From: Camelus dromedarius
Lineage: Eukaryota
Direction: 5' to 3'
DNA: 64,000 bases
Assembly (NCBI RefSeq): GCF_036321535.1
Contig: NC_087436.1
Coordinates: 60,824,001 to 60,888,000, forward strand
Notes under the pieces: generated by a model
Databases searched by the model: none
Seen by the model: the letters and a program-made list of their open reading frames with translations, nothing else
What the model was told of the DNA's origin: nothing
In this document: piece after piece, positions 1-13,900 of the stretch
Position numbering within the stretch: position 1 is the stretch's first letter
How the letters are laid out: every line of letters begins with the position of its first letter
Translations under genes and position numbers: made by a program

Positions 1-803
1 GAATTAACTGTTTTAAAGTGTACAATTCAATAGGTTTTAGTAGATGAACAGAGCTGTGTAACCATCACCAATGTCTGATTTTAGAGCACTTCCATCACCC
101 CAAAAAGGAACCCAGCATTCATTAGGAGTCATGTTCCATTCTACCTTCCCCCAGCTGCTAGCAAGCTAATTTGCTTTCTGTCTCTATAGATTTGCCTATT
201 CTGAATTTCATGTAACTTTAATAATACAATATGTTGCTTCTGTGGTGGGATTATTTCACTTAGCATGATGTTTTCAAGGTTTATCCACGTTGTAGCATAC
301 ATTCTTTTTTAGCCAGATAATATTCCATTTTAAGGATATGCCACATTTTATCTATCCATTCATCACTTGAGAGATGTTTGGGTTGTTTCCATTGTTTGGC
401 TATTAGGAATAACACTGCTATGTACATTTGTGTTCAAGTTTTTGTTTGGACATGTATTTTCAACCTGGAGTATATACCTAGGTATGGAATTGCTAGGTCA
501 TACAGAAAACTCCAGGCTAAAATTTTGAGGAAATGCCAAAGTGTTTTCCAAAATGGCTGAGCCACTTTAAAATCCCACCAGCCATGCATGATGGTTTCAA
601 TTCCTCTGTGTCTTGGTCAACACTTATTACTGTCTTTCTTAATGTATGGTTATCCTCGTGGATGTAAATTGGTATCTTCCTGTTTTAATTTGCGTTTCCC
701 TAATGGCTAATGATGTTGAATATATTTTCATGTGTTTATTGGCCATTTGTTTATCTTCTTTGGAGAAATATTTATTCAAATCTTTTCTACATTTTTAAGT
801 TGA

Positions 804-1476
804 TGTTATGGACTGAAGATTTGTGACCTGCCCCCTGCCCCAACGTGATAGCATTAAAAGTTAGGGCTTTGGACAAAATGTCAAAGAGTGGGAAATGGTC
901 AACTTCCTGGGAATCCTAACCCCTTCCCCAGGTAGCTAGACTGGTCATTCCACTTATTAGCATATAAAGCTACCAAGCTCATAAAAACTGGCAACATGGC
1001 TCTTCACAGCCACCTCTTGCTCCCTCCTCTTCGGAGACTGCCTGCACTCTGTCTATGGAGTGTGTATCTACTTGAACCTGAGCACCCATCCGCCATCCCT
1101 CGTGGACTTTCTCTTGCCTTCTGAAACAGCCTACACTCTATGCAGTATGTATCTCTCTAAATAAATCTGCCTTTACTCAGAAAAAAAAAAAAAAAGGGCT
1201 TTGGGAAGTTAATTAGGCATGAAGGTAGAGCCCTCATAGATGGGATTAGTACCTTTAGAAGAGACTCAGGCTAGCTCTCCTGATCTCTTGCTTCTGTGTG
1301 AGGAGACAAGAAGTCAGCTGTCTGCAGCCTGCAATAGGGCTCTCACCAGAACCCGACTATGCCGGCACTCTGATGTCAGATTAACAGCTTCCAGAACTCT
1401 GAGAAATAAATTCCTGTGGTTTATAGGCCACCCAATTCATGGTACTTTGTTACAGCAGCCAAAACTGACTAAAACG
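804..1476 (+). mobile_element. MaLR (MLT1/MST-like) solo LTR, itself interrupted at 873-1194
   Basis: Starts tgttatggactgaa; has ccagaactctgagaaataaattcctgtggtttata and ends cagcagccaaaactgactaaaac, as MaLR LTRs do. Confidence 0.8.
873..1194 (+). mobile_element. Poly(A)-tailed retrocopy of an ERV LTR U3-R segment (copy A)
   Basis: Matches about 28851-29134 of the solo LTR; AATAAA 1160-1165; A-run from 1181; TSD agggctttgg at 863-872 and 1195-1204. Confidence 0.85.
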
Positions 1477-2725
1477 GTAGGATTGCCTTTTTAATTATTG
1501 AAATGTAAAAGTTCTTTATACATTCTGGATACCAGTACCTTAGCAGATACATGATTTGCTAATATTTTCTCTCACTCTGTGGTTTGCTTTTCACTTTCTC
1601 GATTGTTTCCTTTAAAGCACAATTTTTTTTTTAATTTTCACAAAGTCCATTTATTTTTTTCCTTTTTGATCACTTGTGCTTTTGGTGTTATATCTAAGAC
1701 ACCATTGCCTAAGTCAAGGTCACAAAGATCTATTCTTATGTTTACTTCTTAGAGTTCTATAGTTTCAGCACTATGATGCATTTTTAATTAGTTTTTGTAT
1801 GCAGTGTGACGGAGGGGTTCAACATCATTCTTTTGCATGTGGATATCCAGTTGTCTCATTTCTTAAAAAGAATATTCTTTCCACTCATGAATTGTCTTGG
1901 CACACTGGTTGAAAAGCAACTGACCAGAAATGTAAGGGTTTATTTCTGTACTCTCAATTCTATTCCATTAATTTAGGGTTGAGTTTATAATAATTCTGCT
2001 AGTACCTGACCCCACAATGCTTATTTTCTAACCAAACTATTATAAAATTAAATTCAGTCCTCAAAATCAGGAGAAGTCACTTTTCCTCTGTTTTTGGTAC
2101 TAGGGCCCAGAAAGAGTATGGAAAAGTCTGATTCAAAGAGGTTCATTGTTCCTGTTTTTACTTATATCCACCTTCTTTCAATTCCTTGGGAAAATCTAAG
2201 CCATCTGAAGCCAAATTGCCTTACCCAACGTACAAATTAGTTATAATTTTTGTTCCTTGTCTCTTTCCCCTTCCCTTCTCCCTTCCCTTCCTTCTCCATC
2301 TCTTTCTCCTTCTTCTTCCCCCTTGTTCACACGATTTCTTCATAAACTCAATTAGAAAAAAGGTCTGTATTTAAAAATTGGTTATTTGATATTGTGGGCA
2401 AATTCAATTTATAATTTGTAAAGAAAATGAAATTGTGTAGAAAGAGCATCTTTAAATGTTTGTAATTTCAACTTAAATCTAACAAATAGGGGATACGTAT
2501 TTGTATACTTCTGATCAGAACATACACAAGTTGGTCAATGTCACTGCATAACTGCCCTGGTTGCTGAGGTACAAATGTGTTTCTTTTAGGTTTGAGATTG
2601 TTGTTTGTGGTGGTGTTATTGGCAGTGTTGTTGTGGTAGTGGTGGTGGTGGAAAATAGCTCTTTATTTGGTCTCCTTTATTACATGCAGATCCCAAACTG
2701 TTCAGTGACAGACTTGATAACTCAC

Positions 2726-2803
2726 ATTCCCTGCTGACAGTTACTTGGTAAGTATTAGCTTTTGCAAATGTATCTGTATTGTATTCACTTCCTTTGGTGT
2801 CAG
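2726..2803 (-). pseudogene. Candidate 78-nt phase 1-1 exon, (A)DTKGSEYNTDTFAKANTYQVTVSRE
   Basis: Acceptor ctcccttctcttt...tatatag|, donor aat|gtgagt; open in phase 1; no homology evidence. Confidence 0.35.
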
Positions 2804-4028
2804 CTATATACCAATATTATAAAGAGAAGGGAGAAAAGCAAGATTTTCTGTGACATTTAAATTTTAAATCTAACATAATTAAAAGAGAGCTCAAAAAGCC
2901 TGAATATTTATTATTATTGTGATTATTGTTATAATGACAATCAACAAAGAATATTTAATGCCCCATTATCATTCTTTAAATTCTTCTAATAGATTCCAAA
3001 GCTCCTTAAAAACTTTATGAATTAATTCATTAGCCTAACAAATATTTAATGAGGTTCTATGTAGTTGGTATTATGTTAAGTATACAAGGATCATGATAAA
3101 AGAAATAGCTGATACTCTGGTAGATAAGAAAAATTGATACTTTAAAAAGCATAATATAAGTGATGTGGATTATTTAAAGGGTACAATAAGAATGAAGGGG
3201 ATTAAAGTAGAATTGTGGCTGGAGCAAGTGAAAGATATCAGGGATCACTTTATAGAGAAAGTAAAATAATATAGAAACTTTAGAATTTCTTTCACTTCCC
3301 TCTAAATAGCATGCCTGTAGGTCAAAGGAGCTCTTCCCATTCACTCCAACATTCCTCCCTCCTCTCTCTTACTCTCCCACCCTCTCCCACCACCTCATCC
3401 ACCCTTTCTCCTCTCTCCAGATTCCTTATTTGCCAGAAGGCAAGTTGCAGTGGGGAAGGAGAGTAAGAGGGGGCAGGGAATGGATCAAGCTGGCGGAGGA
3501 TTTGTAGTGATGGTGGTATTTCTATGTTGATATGAACATCATCATCTTTAAGTCATTATAATTTTAGCATCATAGTACTTCATTGAAGACACTGACAATT
3601 TTTTAAATTGTGCCATACAAACTGAAAAAAACCCATGGTCCGGATTTTTGTGTCTGTCTGAAGCTTCCCATATCAATGGAAATTTTGAAAACATTATTTA
3701 GTCTTTAATAAAAAGTGGACAAAAACATGTGAATTAAGATTCAAATTACGGGATTTTTTTAAATTGCTGAAAACATGGTAACTGCTAAATTATAATTTTG
3801 ACCCATAAGTTTAGATAATGAATAAATCTAAAATGAAACTAGATTAATTGATTCATATTTTAAGCAAATGTGAAACAAAGAAATCAAATGTATAGCTATA
3901 AAACTTCAGAGATGCTGAAGTATTGCTGAACATACAAAATAAGAAATTATTTTTACACATAATGTGGACAGCTGGAGAATGATTCATTGCCATTAGATTT
4001 TTCTATCTAATGAAAAGTGAAAGCTTGC

Positions 4029-4094
4029 CTCTTGTCCTAAGATAGAAAGTTGATAATATTCCCTCTGAATATTCTGTATATTTTCCTTTATATA
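4029..4094 (-). pseudogene. Candidate 66-nt exon, (V)YKGKYTEYSEGILSTFYLRTR, with a GC donor
   Basis: Acceptor ttactcgtttttcag|, donor gag|gcaagc; open in phases 1 and 0. Confidence 0.3.
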
Positions 4095-4703
4095 CTGAAA
4101 AACGAGTAAATCCCTACACAATAATTTGTTTATGCTGTCATATGCTTTTAGAGCACAGGATTTGGAACTGGCAACACTGAGTGAATGGAGTAAGGTATTG
4201 TACCATACTTGCCAGTAAATGCTAAAAAGACACTTTTACACCACAGAGGTTATTTCTATATACATTGATCTTAAAAACTAGTTGGACCTTTTTAAGAGTT
4301 ATGTGGGGCGGGGGCAGATTGTAATAAAAAAGAAAGACAAATGCTTGTACTGATTGGCCAGATTATAATTTAAAAAAGAGAAAGAAATGCTTATATTGAA
4401 AACAATGTATTAGATAAGTTAATTGTCCAAAGGATTATTTATCCAAAAAATCATTTAATATAATTTTTACACATAGGTGTATACACATTGCCAAACATTT
4501 TAAATTTTATCTAAAACCTTATTTTCTTTGCCAAGGTTTCTTGCTCAGATCTGTGAAGAACAATCCCTTTCTTTGCTAAATAGCTCATTCTTTACAATAA
4601 TGAACACGGCACCCTCACAAATTATATTTGCAAAGTGTTTTCAAGCAAAATTAAAGTGTCATAACTATGTCACTAAATCTGAAAATCCCATGTAAAGGAA
4701 TAC

Positions 4704-4751
4704 CGGAGCTGCATGTTAACAATGCATGTGGACCTCCTTGAGGTTGATTTT
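4704..4751 (-). pseudogene. Candidate 48-nt phase 1-1 exon, (E)NQPQGGPHALLTCSS
   Basis: Acceptor ttgatgctcccatttcag|, weak donor ccg|gtattc; open frame. Confidence 0.3.
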
Positions 4752-5019
4752 CTGAAATGGGAGCATCAAGGAATCAAGAGGGACTCCTGTGCTCTTGATC
4801 CTTGTCTCTCACCTCTCCAGGGGCCTTGCCCCATCAATTAATTGCACTTTATCTTCTGCATTCTGCCCTTCAACCCACAAAAACACTCAAGTCTTTCCTA
4901 TCTTAAAAATTCCCATTCTCTCAAATTCTTTTAGACAAATTTTCCCATATTTCTACCAAATGTTTTGGAAAATACAAGGCATTTTCCTTTTTTTCTCATA
5001 ATCCATTTAGACAGAGATT

Positions 5020-5410
5020 GTTGGGTGCCTGTCAAGAATCCACGCTCCGTTCTTTGTCTCTAACTGAAGCCTGATCAGCATGACCAGCTAAAATATTTTA
5101 TTTCCCAGTCTTTCTGGCAGCTGAGTGTGAGTGTTCAGTGGGTTCTAAGCAGAAGTTAGGTTGACCTCAAAAAAAGTTTCAACAGGGAGTTTTAACGTAT
5201 TCCCTCTTGTCATTAGTTCTTTCTCCTCCCTCCTGTCTAGAACACACGTCTGGTGTCTGGAGCCCCAGAAACCCTCTGGGACAATGAAAAAAATCTTTAG
5301 ATTGGGAGCCATGGCCAAACACAGTAGAGCAGGAAGATAAAAGAGCCTACAAACCAGGTAACTATGGAGTCCCCTACCAGCTCTGGGATGCTTCTTCCTG
5401 ACTTCTTTCA
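5020..5410. mobile_element. Old MaLR (MLT1-like) LTR fragment
   Basis: tttcccagtctttctggcagctgagtgtg...agcaggaagataaaagagcct resembles MLT1. Confidence 0.5.
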
Positions 5411-6829
5411 AAAAAAAAAAAAAAAAAAGAAACACTTTACTTTTTGTTTCATTTCACTATCACTTTTTAAATTACCAGTCCTCTCCTTTAAACTACTCTT
5501 TATCTTCTTTTACTTATCGATGTGTTGTTGAATGCATATATTTAAACACTCACATATGTAGTAAACTGTGTATTTAGATACACAGTTTTAGTTTTAATAT
5601 ATAAATAATATTTTAACATAAAATAGTTTAGTCCATATACTACACTGATTTTAATTAGTTGATATTTTATATGTATGCATATATATGCAAGAATATAATT
5701 GAAAATGATTTCTATGAAGCAGCTTAGGAATTTTTTTAGACAGAAAAAAATTACTAAGTATGTTCAAGGTCTCAAAATCAAATAGAAATCATAGAAATTA
5801 ATCTCAATTTGATCTTAAAGAAGAATGGAATCACTGAGATATTTAAAATTCATCAGACTAATAAGATATTTTAAACTGTTACTCATATGTAAATGATTAT
5901 TTTTAAGCCAAACTTGATCTTAGTTGACAAACTTGTGCAACACTCAACCTCTGAATTTTTTTTCTCATTCTTTTCCTCTAAGGAAGCTTATCTCTTAAAG
6001 GTCATTAGTTAACCCAAGTTATTGAATCTAATATTTAAATGCTAATTGAAAAGCCTCATGTCATTCATCTTCTACCTTTACCACATGTACCAAAATCTCT
6101 TTACAACTCTGTTCTTCTTTATATTTCTTCATTGTTCACCCTTGGATTTTCTCCTATTTCTCAGATCCATCTCTCTTTTTCATTGACTCTTCTTTTCTAG
6201 CTCCCTACTAAACATTAGCTCCCTTATATTTCATGCTCAGTTATTTCTTCTTACTGTATACCTTATACAATGCCAAAACTTTCTCTTATTAGAATGATAG
6301 GCTAACCAAAATTTAGATCTCAAAACTGATATTTCCTTTGACCTCCAAACTCATGTTTCAGAGCACCTGCTGTCCTGCTATCTTATAAACAATTTAAATG
6401 AGTGTAAAATTTACTATCATTCTATTGAAGTCAGTCACCCTTCAGACTCTGCTCTGCCCAATGACTGAGACAGAAACACCAGAAACAGTACTATAAGATC
6501 CTCACACAAGAAGGGAGAAGACAAACACATAGTTCGTATGAGCAAGGGCTTTTCCTGCTGTAAGTAAGAAAATTCCAAATCTACTCAGTTTAAGCAGATA
6601 AAGGAACATACTGACTTATATATTTCTTTCATAAACTACCTGTTGACATGGTTCGATCTAGTTGTTTAACCCTTGTCTTCAAGAATATTTTCCTCTCCTC
6701 TTCCTGTGTCACTTGGTTTTGTTTCCAACTTTGCTGACTTATTTCTCAATCATATTCATCCCAGTGGCAGCAAAGATAGGCAACAAAATCTAAAAGCTTA
6801 TATTATACAAAGTTTAAGAATAGCAGTTT

Positions 6830-7960
6830 GCATAGCTTTGGGGAGCTTATCTTCCAGTTCACTAATCCTTTCTTCTGCTCAGTCCACTTTAATAAAAGCC
6901 CAACTATTGAGTTCTTAATTCTAGTTATTATGATTTTCTATTTGAGAATTTCTGTTTGATTCCTTTTTGATTCTGGTTCTTTGGTAAAACTCTCCATTGT
7001 GTTACCTATTTTCTCAAGCATATAAATAATAGTTATTTAAAATCTGTATCTGACAACTCCAGTGTATGGATCATCTTTAGCTATATTTCTCTTGTCTTTC
7101 TTCTTGTTCGCATTGGCTAGGATTTCCAGTATGATGTTGAAAGAGAGTGATGGGGGACACCTTTGTTTTTTTCCTCATCTTAGTGGGAATGTTTCTAGTT
7201 TTGCATCATTAAGTATGATGTTAGATGCAGGTTTTTATAGATGACTTTTATTAATTTGAGGAAGATCCTCTCTACTCTGAGTTTGATGAGAATTTGTAAA
7301 ATAAATGTTGGATTTTGTCAGATGCCTTTTCTGCATCTTTTGATATGATCATGTGATTTTTCTTCTTTAACTTTTTGATGTGATTAATTGATTTTCAAAT
7401 GCTAAAATACCTTGCATTTCTGGAATAAATGACACTTGGTCATGGTATATAATTCCTTTCATACATTGTTGGATGATTCAATTTGTTAGTATTTTGTTAA
7501 AGATTTTGCATCTGTGTTTATGAGAATATTAATCTCTAGTTTTCTTTTCTAGTAATGTCTTTGCCTGGTTTTCAAATTAGAATAATGCTGACCTCCTAGA
7601 ATGAGTTTGAAAGCATTCCCTCTGCTTCTGTATTCTGGAAGAGAATAAAGAGAATTGGTATAAAGTCTTCCTTAAATGTTTGGTAGAATTCAATAGTGAA
7701 CTCATCTAGACCTAGCATTTTCTTTCTTGGAAGATTATTCATTATTGATTCAATTTTAAAATAGGCATAGGAGCCTATTCAGATTGTCTGTTTCTTCTTG
7801 TGTGAGTTTTGGCAGATTGTTTTTCATTCAATTGGTCCATTTAACCTAGGTTATCAAATTTGTGGTCGTTGAGTTGTTCACTGTATTCCTTCTTAGTCCT
7901 TTTAATGTCTATGGGATCTGTAGTGATATCCCATCTTTCAATTCTGACATTAGTAATTTG
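6830..7960 (-). mobile_element. Old L1 ORF2 fragments
   Basis: ttggctaggatttccagtatgatgttga, cttaaatgtttggtagaattca and similar antisense L1 ORF2 text. Confidence 0.8.
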
Positions 7961-8099
7961 TGGCTCCCCACAAATTTCTGAAACCTACTCTTCACTTGGC
8001 CTTTAAACACCAATCTCTGGGCTGTCCTTTGGTCTCATAGGCCAGCCTAATGCTTAGCTGGATCACCCTTATCTTGCTGACCTCTAAAATTTGGAGTGC

Positions 8100-9560
8100 C
8101 TTGTGGGTCCTCTGACCTCCTCTCTTCAAACTACACTTACTCCCAAAGTAACATCTTTTAGTCTCAGTCTTTAAATACCATGTATTTTCATATGACTTCA
8201 AAATGCATAATCTTTGGCCCTGAACTTTTTGATAAACTCAAGATTTTTGTATCTGACTCTCTACTAGATAGCTCTAATTGATTACCTAATAGTTCTCTCA
8301 AACTCAACATATTCTAAATGAAATTCTTTATTTAATTAGCAGCAGCAGTCCCTTGCCTGCAAAAAAGCTTCTCCTAATTTCCCACCTTGTGGTATTCTCT
8401 ACTCCCTATTTTTTATACTTAGGCCAAAACAACTCTATTCCCTAATTTTATAGTTGCTTAGATTAAACATTAGAATAATTCTTCATACTTCTCTTCCTCC
8501 CACTTTATATTAGCAAATCCTGTTGGCTTTCTCTTCTAGATAAATAAATCCAGATCCCAGGTACTCATCAGCACCTCTATTACACTTAATGCAGTCACAA
8601 TCATTACTCATCAGGACTACTACAAAAAGCACCGTGCCACTACTCTTTCCCGCTCTGTTCTAACATAGCAACTAGAGTCATCATCCAAGATACCAACCAG
8701 ACCATGTTACTATTCTGCTTAAACCATCTAAAGCTATCACAGTTTACTCAGAAGAACAGCCAAGATCTTTACTGTAGTCTTTGTACCACACCCTGGCCAA
8801 ACCCCTAACTCAATCCCTCTGTAGCCTGGTCTCCCAGTATTGACTCATTCACTCACTCAACTATAGCTTTTCATCTTTTTTCAGATCAAAAGCCAAAATT
8901 CTCACCATGGTCTCCACATTCTCTGAGTTTGCTTTCTGGTGCTTTTCCTGCTTGGTCCCCTTACTTGGTGCTTGCCCTATTGGCCTTCTTGTTCCATCCT
9001 ACATCAAGGCTCTTGTATCAGCTCCTCCCTCTGCCTGGACTGCTCTTTCCCCAGATAGCTACAAGTGCAAGTCTTATTTCCAGTCCCTTCAGGTCTCTGC
9101 TTAAAGAAAACTTGATCAGGAAGTCCTTTTTTTTATTATCCCATGCAGAATAACAGTCCTATTCTCACTTTGTATATTTCTCTATAGTGATTAATACCAG
9201 AAGAACATGTTTTTATTTATTTCCTGTGCTTTCCTTATAGGTCTGAGAGGTCAGGAAAAGTTCTTCTGAAAAAGTGGTACTTCAGCTAAGACATGAGTAG
9301 GAGAAGACCACCAAAAAAATGGAAAGAAGCACATTCAGGCAAAGGGTTAGAAAGTATAAGGGCCTGGACCTAGAAAAGGCAGACTCAGGAAATATCTGAA
9401 TGTGAAATTACCATGTTAGTCATGCTAAGGACTTTGCATTTTATCTCAAGCACAGTGAAAGAGTTAAGGAGTAGATTATATGATTAGAATTTCACTTTGA
9501 TAAGATGATTTTAGCTAGTTTTTAAGAAGAGGTGGATTCAATGGAAGCCAAAGAGGTGTA
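8100..9560. mobile_element. Degenerate L2 fragments
   Basis: tctcaaactcaacat, gcaaatcctgttggct, ccctctgcctggactgctctttcccc are L2-like. Confidence 0.55.
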
Positions 9561-10682
9561 GGAAAGCCAGCGAACGACTCTGGCAATGGCAGATGTTGGT
9601 GTGTCATGGGAAGACTCCTGAGATTCATCTTCTATAGTATTAACCATGAATCTCTTGCAACCTCTGGGTCCAAATGTCTCCTACTTATTTTGAGATACTC
9701 ATGTTTTTCCTTGGTTTGATATTAACCATGTATAATACCTTAAAATGCAGAGTTAACTTTTACATGAGCATATGAATTTTCTTTCATCTTTAAGTATGCA
9801 AACAAAGACTATCTATACCTGGCTTAATTTTTTATTTTTTTTTTTATTTATTTTTTTTTTTTTTTAGTCAGCTGAGGTTTGGGATGTAGGGAGTAAATAG
9901 GGAATTTGTCCCAGCATCCCCTCCTGTTGCAAAAAGAATCCAGTATAAACAGACATGAAAAATATAGCATAGATTTTATATTGTATTCATTTTGCTGTGA
10001 ATATATTCATGCCTGCAATCCACAAAAGAAACAATTTTCTCTTACAGGATAATGATGTTCATGAGATGGAGTTCTAATAGGATATTTCTGTGGTCAAAAG
10101 AAATTTGTATATGTTCCCATTCTTTTTTTTTTTAACAAATGTGACAAAATACCCTATGTCCTTGATAATCCCAACTCTTATGCTTTTAACTGGCAGCTCT
10201 TTCTGTAGCATGTACAGGTTCTATTTGCTGCTTTCAGCTTCAGAGGTACCTTTTTCAGCCATCTGAGTTCGACCTTAGTCTGTCATTTTTAAAACCATAA
10301 AATAGCCAGAGAACATCTGCTAGGGACTGGTTCATAATAACTGAGCCAGTAACTGCCTCAACTAGCACATGATTCCATATGGATAGTTGGCATATGATCT
10401 TAAGTCAAGGGTGTTCTGTTTCAGCAAGAAATTAATTGAATGTTACCTTATCCCTAGTCTATTTTTACATGTTAAAATTATAACTACACATAAATTCCTC
10501 TTAGACATAATAGTTAAGGATGAAAAATTCTGTGAAGTACAGTATTTTGGTTTAGTGAGTCTGTGTGCATGTGTGTGTGTATTTAAATTTCTTTACCATG
10601 TATAGATAGTCTTTGATTTCATACTTAAAATCTATAGTCATGGAACAGTTACCCATGAACTTAAACTCAATGTATGTGTTAC

Positions 10683-10751
10683 CTGTCTGTGAAGAGTTAG
10701 AATACAACATAATTGACCCATCTACCACAACTGCAGTGACCAGAGTTTAAC
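10683..10751 (-). pseudogene. Candidate 69-nt phase 1-1 exon with an in-frame stop, G*TLVTAVVVDGSIMLYSNSSQT
   Basis: Acceptor tatattttttaaaag|, donor cag|gtaaca; TAA as second codon, otherwise open. Confidence 0.35.
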
Positions 10752-10874
10752 CTTTTAAAAAATATATAAATTAAATAATATATTTTAAAATAATGCTGAC
10801 TGTTATCCCAAGGAAGATGAAGAAGGTACCCACTTCCTCAACAGCCCATCCAGAGCTATTCACTCAACAATTAC

Positions 10875-10924
10875 CTGCTTTGTTATAATGGCTTTCAGGT
10901 AAAATTTCACTTAAAGAATGCGTT
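10875..10924 (-). pseudogene. Candidate 50-nt exon, THSLSEILPESHYNKA
   Basis: Acceptor atctgcag|, donor cag|gtaatt; separated from the next candidate exon by a 123-nt GT-AG intron. Confidence 0.35.
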
Positions 10925-13900
10925 CTGCAGATTTAAATGGTCCAATTATTTGGAAGATTAAATAATTTATGTAAAGAAAAGTACTCAATAAATGTTAACT
11001 CTTTCTTCCTTCTTTCCCATTCCATATCCCTCTTCCCCTTTCTCCCATCCTTCACTCATGCATGTTTCCATGTCCCAAATAATAATTTTACATATAAACA
11101 AAATAGAGAAATAGAAGTATTTGATATTGAAAAAATCCTCCCCAAACATGGCATTTAAAAAAAATAATTCTTTGATATGATATAGTTTATAGATTTTATT
11201 CACCATAAATAAAAAATATTTCTGATCATTTGATCTTTCTAATTGCTGATTTCTGTATTAATCTGTGATGACTATATCAGGCCTTTCATGTCAAAATATC
11301 ATAATAGAATTAGGAATAAGTAATCCTGATATTAAAAATGTTTTTACTATAAAAATACTTATTAACATGAGGTAGTATTAATACTACTCAGTGGAAAGGC
11401 AGGATATAACTAGTACATATGTGCCAGTTATTTTGACCACTCTCCCACCAGCATTAATTCTCCTCAATATTTTTTATTACCTTATGATCTCTGGTGCCCA
11501 TCAGCCATCATGGAAGATGAGAGAGCCTAGATCCTCTTTTATCTTCTCATGTTGGTCAGGGATCCGCACATGATCTAAGCTGAGCCACTCAGCTCAACTC
11601 TGAGCTCACCCTGGCACCTAGACTTTGGGTGTCTGACATAAGAACATGTCATGATAGTTGAATGTCAGGTCATCTCAGCAGCCAGGACCGAGTGTCAGCA
11701 ATGCTGGGGGTGGCACCTTGACCTTAACCATCCTGCAATGTGACTGTGGCTGTTCTTCCCACTGATTCATCTTCATCATCCTTGTATCTCGCCCATTCAC
11801 CCTCTCTCACTTCCAGCTCCCAGGTGAATCTGTGGGGTCCCATTTCATTTCAATAAACTCTTTCTCTTTTCCTACATTTTTTTCCTGTAAGATAAACATA
11901 CTTGGTTTCTATATTTGGAACTAAGATCCTTGATACAGAAATTGGGACTAAGAGTAAGGTTAACATTAAAAGACTCTAAAATATGTTCTTAGCTGAGCCA
12001 AGGAGGTTGGGGGGAGGCCAGGAACCACACTTTGAGAACCACAGCCCTAGGAGAATGAGCAAAGCAGGGAAATGGAGGCTCGCTGCCAAAGAAACTCTGA
12101 TGGTTAGAACTGAACTTCAAGATTTCAACTTATCAGGATCTCTGACTTTGGCTGCTGGACTATGAAACAAATAGTCTGGAAGCTTCTAAACTTTTAATGA
12201 AGCTTTACTGCCAAATAAACTCCAAGCCTGTGATTTCCTAGAACCTGAATATAATCTCTAAGCTCCTTAACTAATAGGAAACAAGCCTCTAAGCAGCACA
12301 GAGAGAGGGATGACATACTCAGTGCCCATCTGAGAGATGGCTGAGGAGAGATGGCTGCCATAACCAAGCCAGAGGTGAGCAGACTGGCAAACTCAGGAAC
12401 TCACAGGCCAGGGAGTCCTGTCATATCATGGATATCAGGACCAGTCATCCCTAAATGATGTCCTTTTTTCCAAATGGAAGTTTTCACTTTAGTCACTCTT
12501 CTTTCTGCACCATTGCATTTTCATATGTGCTCCTTACAGACAGGTGTGCACTTAGCCATAAATTAGTGAATCATATATTTGGACCCGAGAAAAAGAATGT
12601 ACCTCATCCAGGGTCAACTGCTCACTCTCTGAAGAGCTCCCCAAAATAACTTACTGCTAAAACAAGTCAAGCATACGGCTTACCACTGGAAAGGAAACCA
12701 CTGATGGGATATTAGTAGCATTTCAGAATAATAAGTTCAAATGGTAAGGTTTTATTCTGATTTATGATATTTGGGGATATTTCCATATGAGAGCTAGATG
12801 AGGATTGGGCCAAGTTTAGTATGTAATAGTTCAGCATTGGTGGACCCAGCAAGGGGAAAGTTTTAAAGCAAGCCTTGAAGAATTAACAGTCTAATGATCA
12901 CAGGTAAGTGATCTATTGAGATCCCTCCTGAGGGCAAGTTGAGAAAAGTTATGTGCCACTTCATCTTCCAAGCAAGACTCTCTGGGAATTATGCAGACAA
13001 TCAATCAAATACAAAGCATGTTAATGCAGACTATAAGCTGTGTGATCATATATGGCTTTGCTTTTTATCAGAGCTCCTAGGATCTGGATTCAGTGACTGG
13101 ATCAGCCTTTGGATGAGGTGAGGTGTGTGCCCGTAAGATCTGTGTGAGGCGTGTGCCTATTCTGTGTAAGCCTGAGCATGTTTTAAGCCATGTGTTGAAA
13201 GAGCAGCTTAAGGAGTAGGCTAAAGTGGACATCTGTGTTTGTCTCCAGAATCCATTTCCCTTTTATCAGTAGTGCCTGACTTCCATTCGGGATCCATGTA
13301 GTTGTAAGGAAGCTAACTCCTCCCGGAATCCAGTGGTGGATGTGACAATAACTAAGCAATTAACACATTTTATTCTTCTCATAGTAGCAGGGGCTCATGC
13401 TGATTGGTTCAGTTGCGTGACCTAAGCCTGTCTCATCAGAGTGGGTCTCAGAGCACTTACTAAGAATGCTCCAACAAAGACATTCTCTCTTGGTCTGGCT
13501 GATGTGGTGTTTGGATATGAGTCAAGAGAACAGCTTCAGCCATTCTGCTAGCCAGAAGGAAGCCAGTGTAAGGACAGGTCAACAACATAGAGGAGGACAC
13601 AGCAGACAGAACCTCTGAGAAATGCAGAACAAGCCTTCAATTCTTGGATTCCCCCAAAATCATCTCAGTGCTTCAGACACCCTCCCAGCACTACCAAGGA
13701 CAAAACAAGGACATCCAAGTCAGATTGCTTTGCTTTGCTTTCCTCTTTCTCTCTTTCCCTTGGTTTCTTCCCTAAAGGACAAGAAGCACTTTCTATTTCT
13801 TCCTGCCCTGACATCAGAACCTTCTCTCAGTCTACTGAATGTCTTGGAGTAAAACACTACGACATGAGTCATATGTAGGTGTCTTGATTTGTGAAAGGAA

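Larger units (their letters stand above)
1..1975 (-). mobile_element. Old L1 (L1MB-like) 3' UTR/ORF2-end fragment, interrupted by a MaLR LTR at 804-1476
   Basis: Typical antisense L1 3' text (aagtgtacaattcaa..., tttcacttagcatgatg, gtgttttccaaaatggctg, ttttgcatgtggatatccagttg); resumes after 1476. Confidence 0.8.

Noticed and set aside
2560..2660. Thr-rich mucin-like reading on the minus strand
   Set aside because: Low-complexity GTG/GTT repeat without convincing minus-strand splice sites.
10240..10420. Further minus-strand exon candidates (e.g. TKVELRWLKK)
   Set aside because: Weak splice sites and phase inconsistent with neighbouring candidates.
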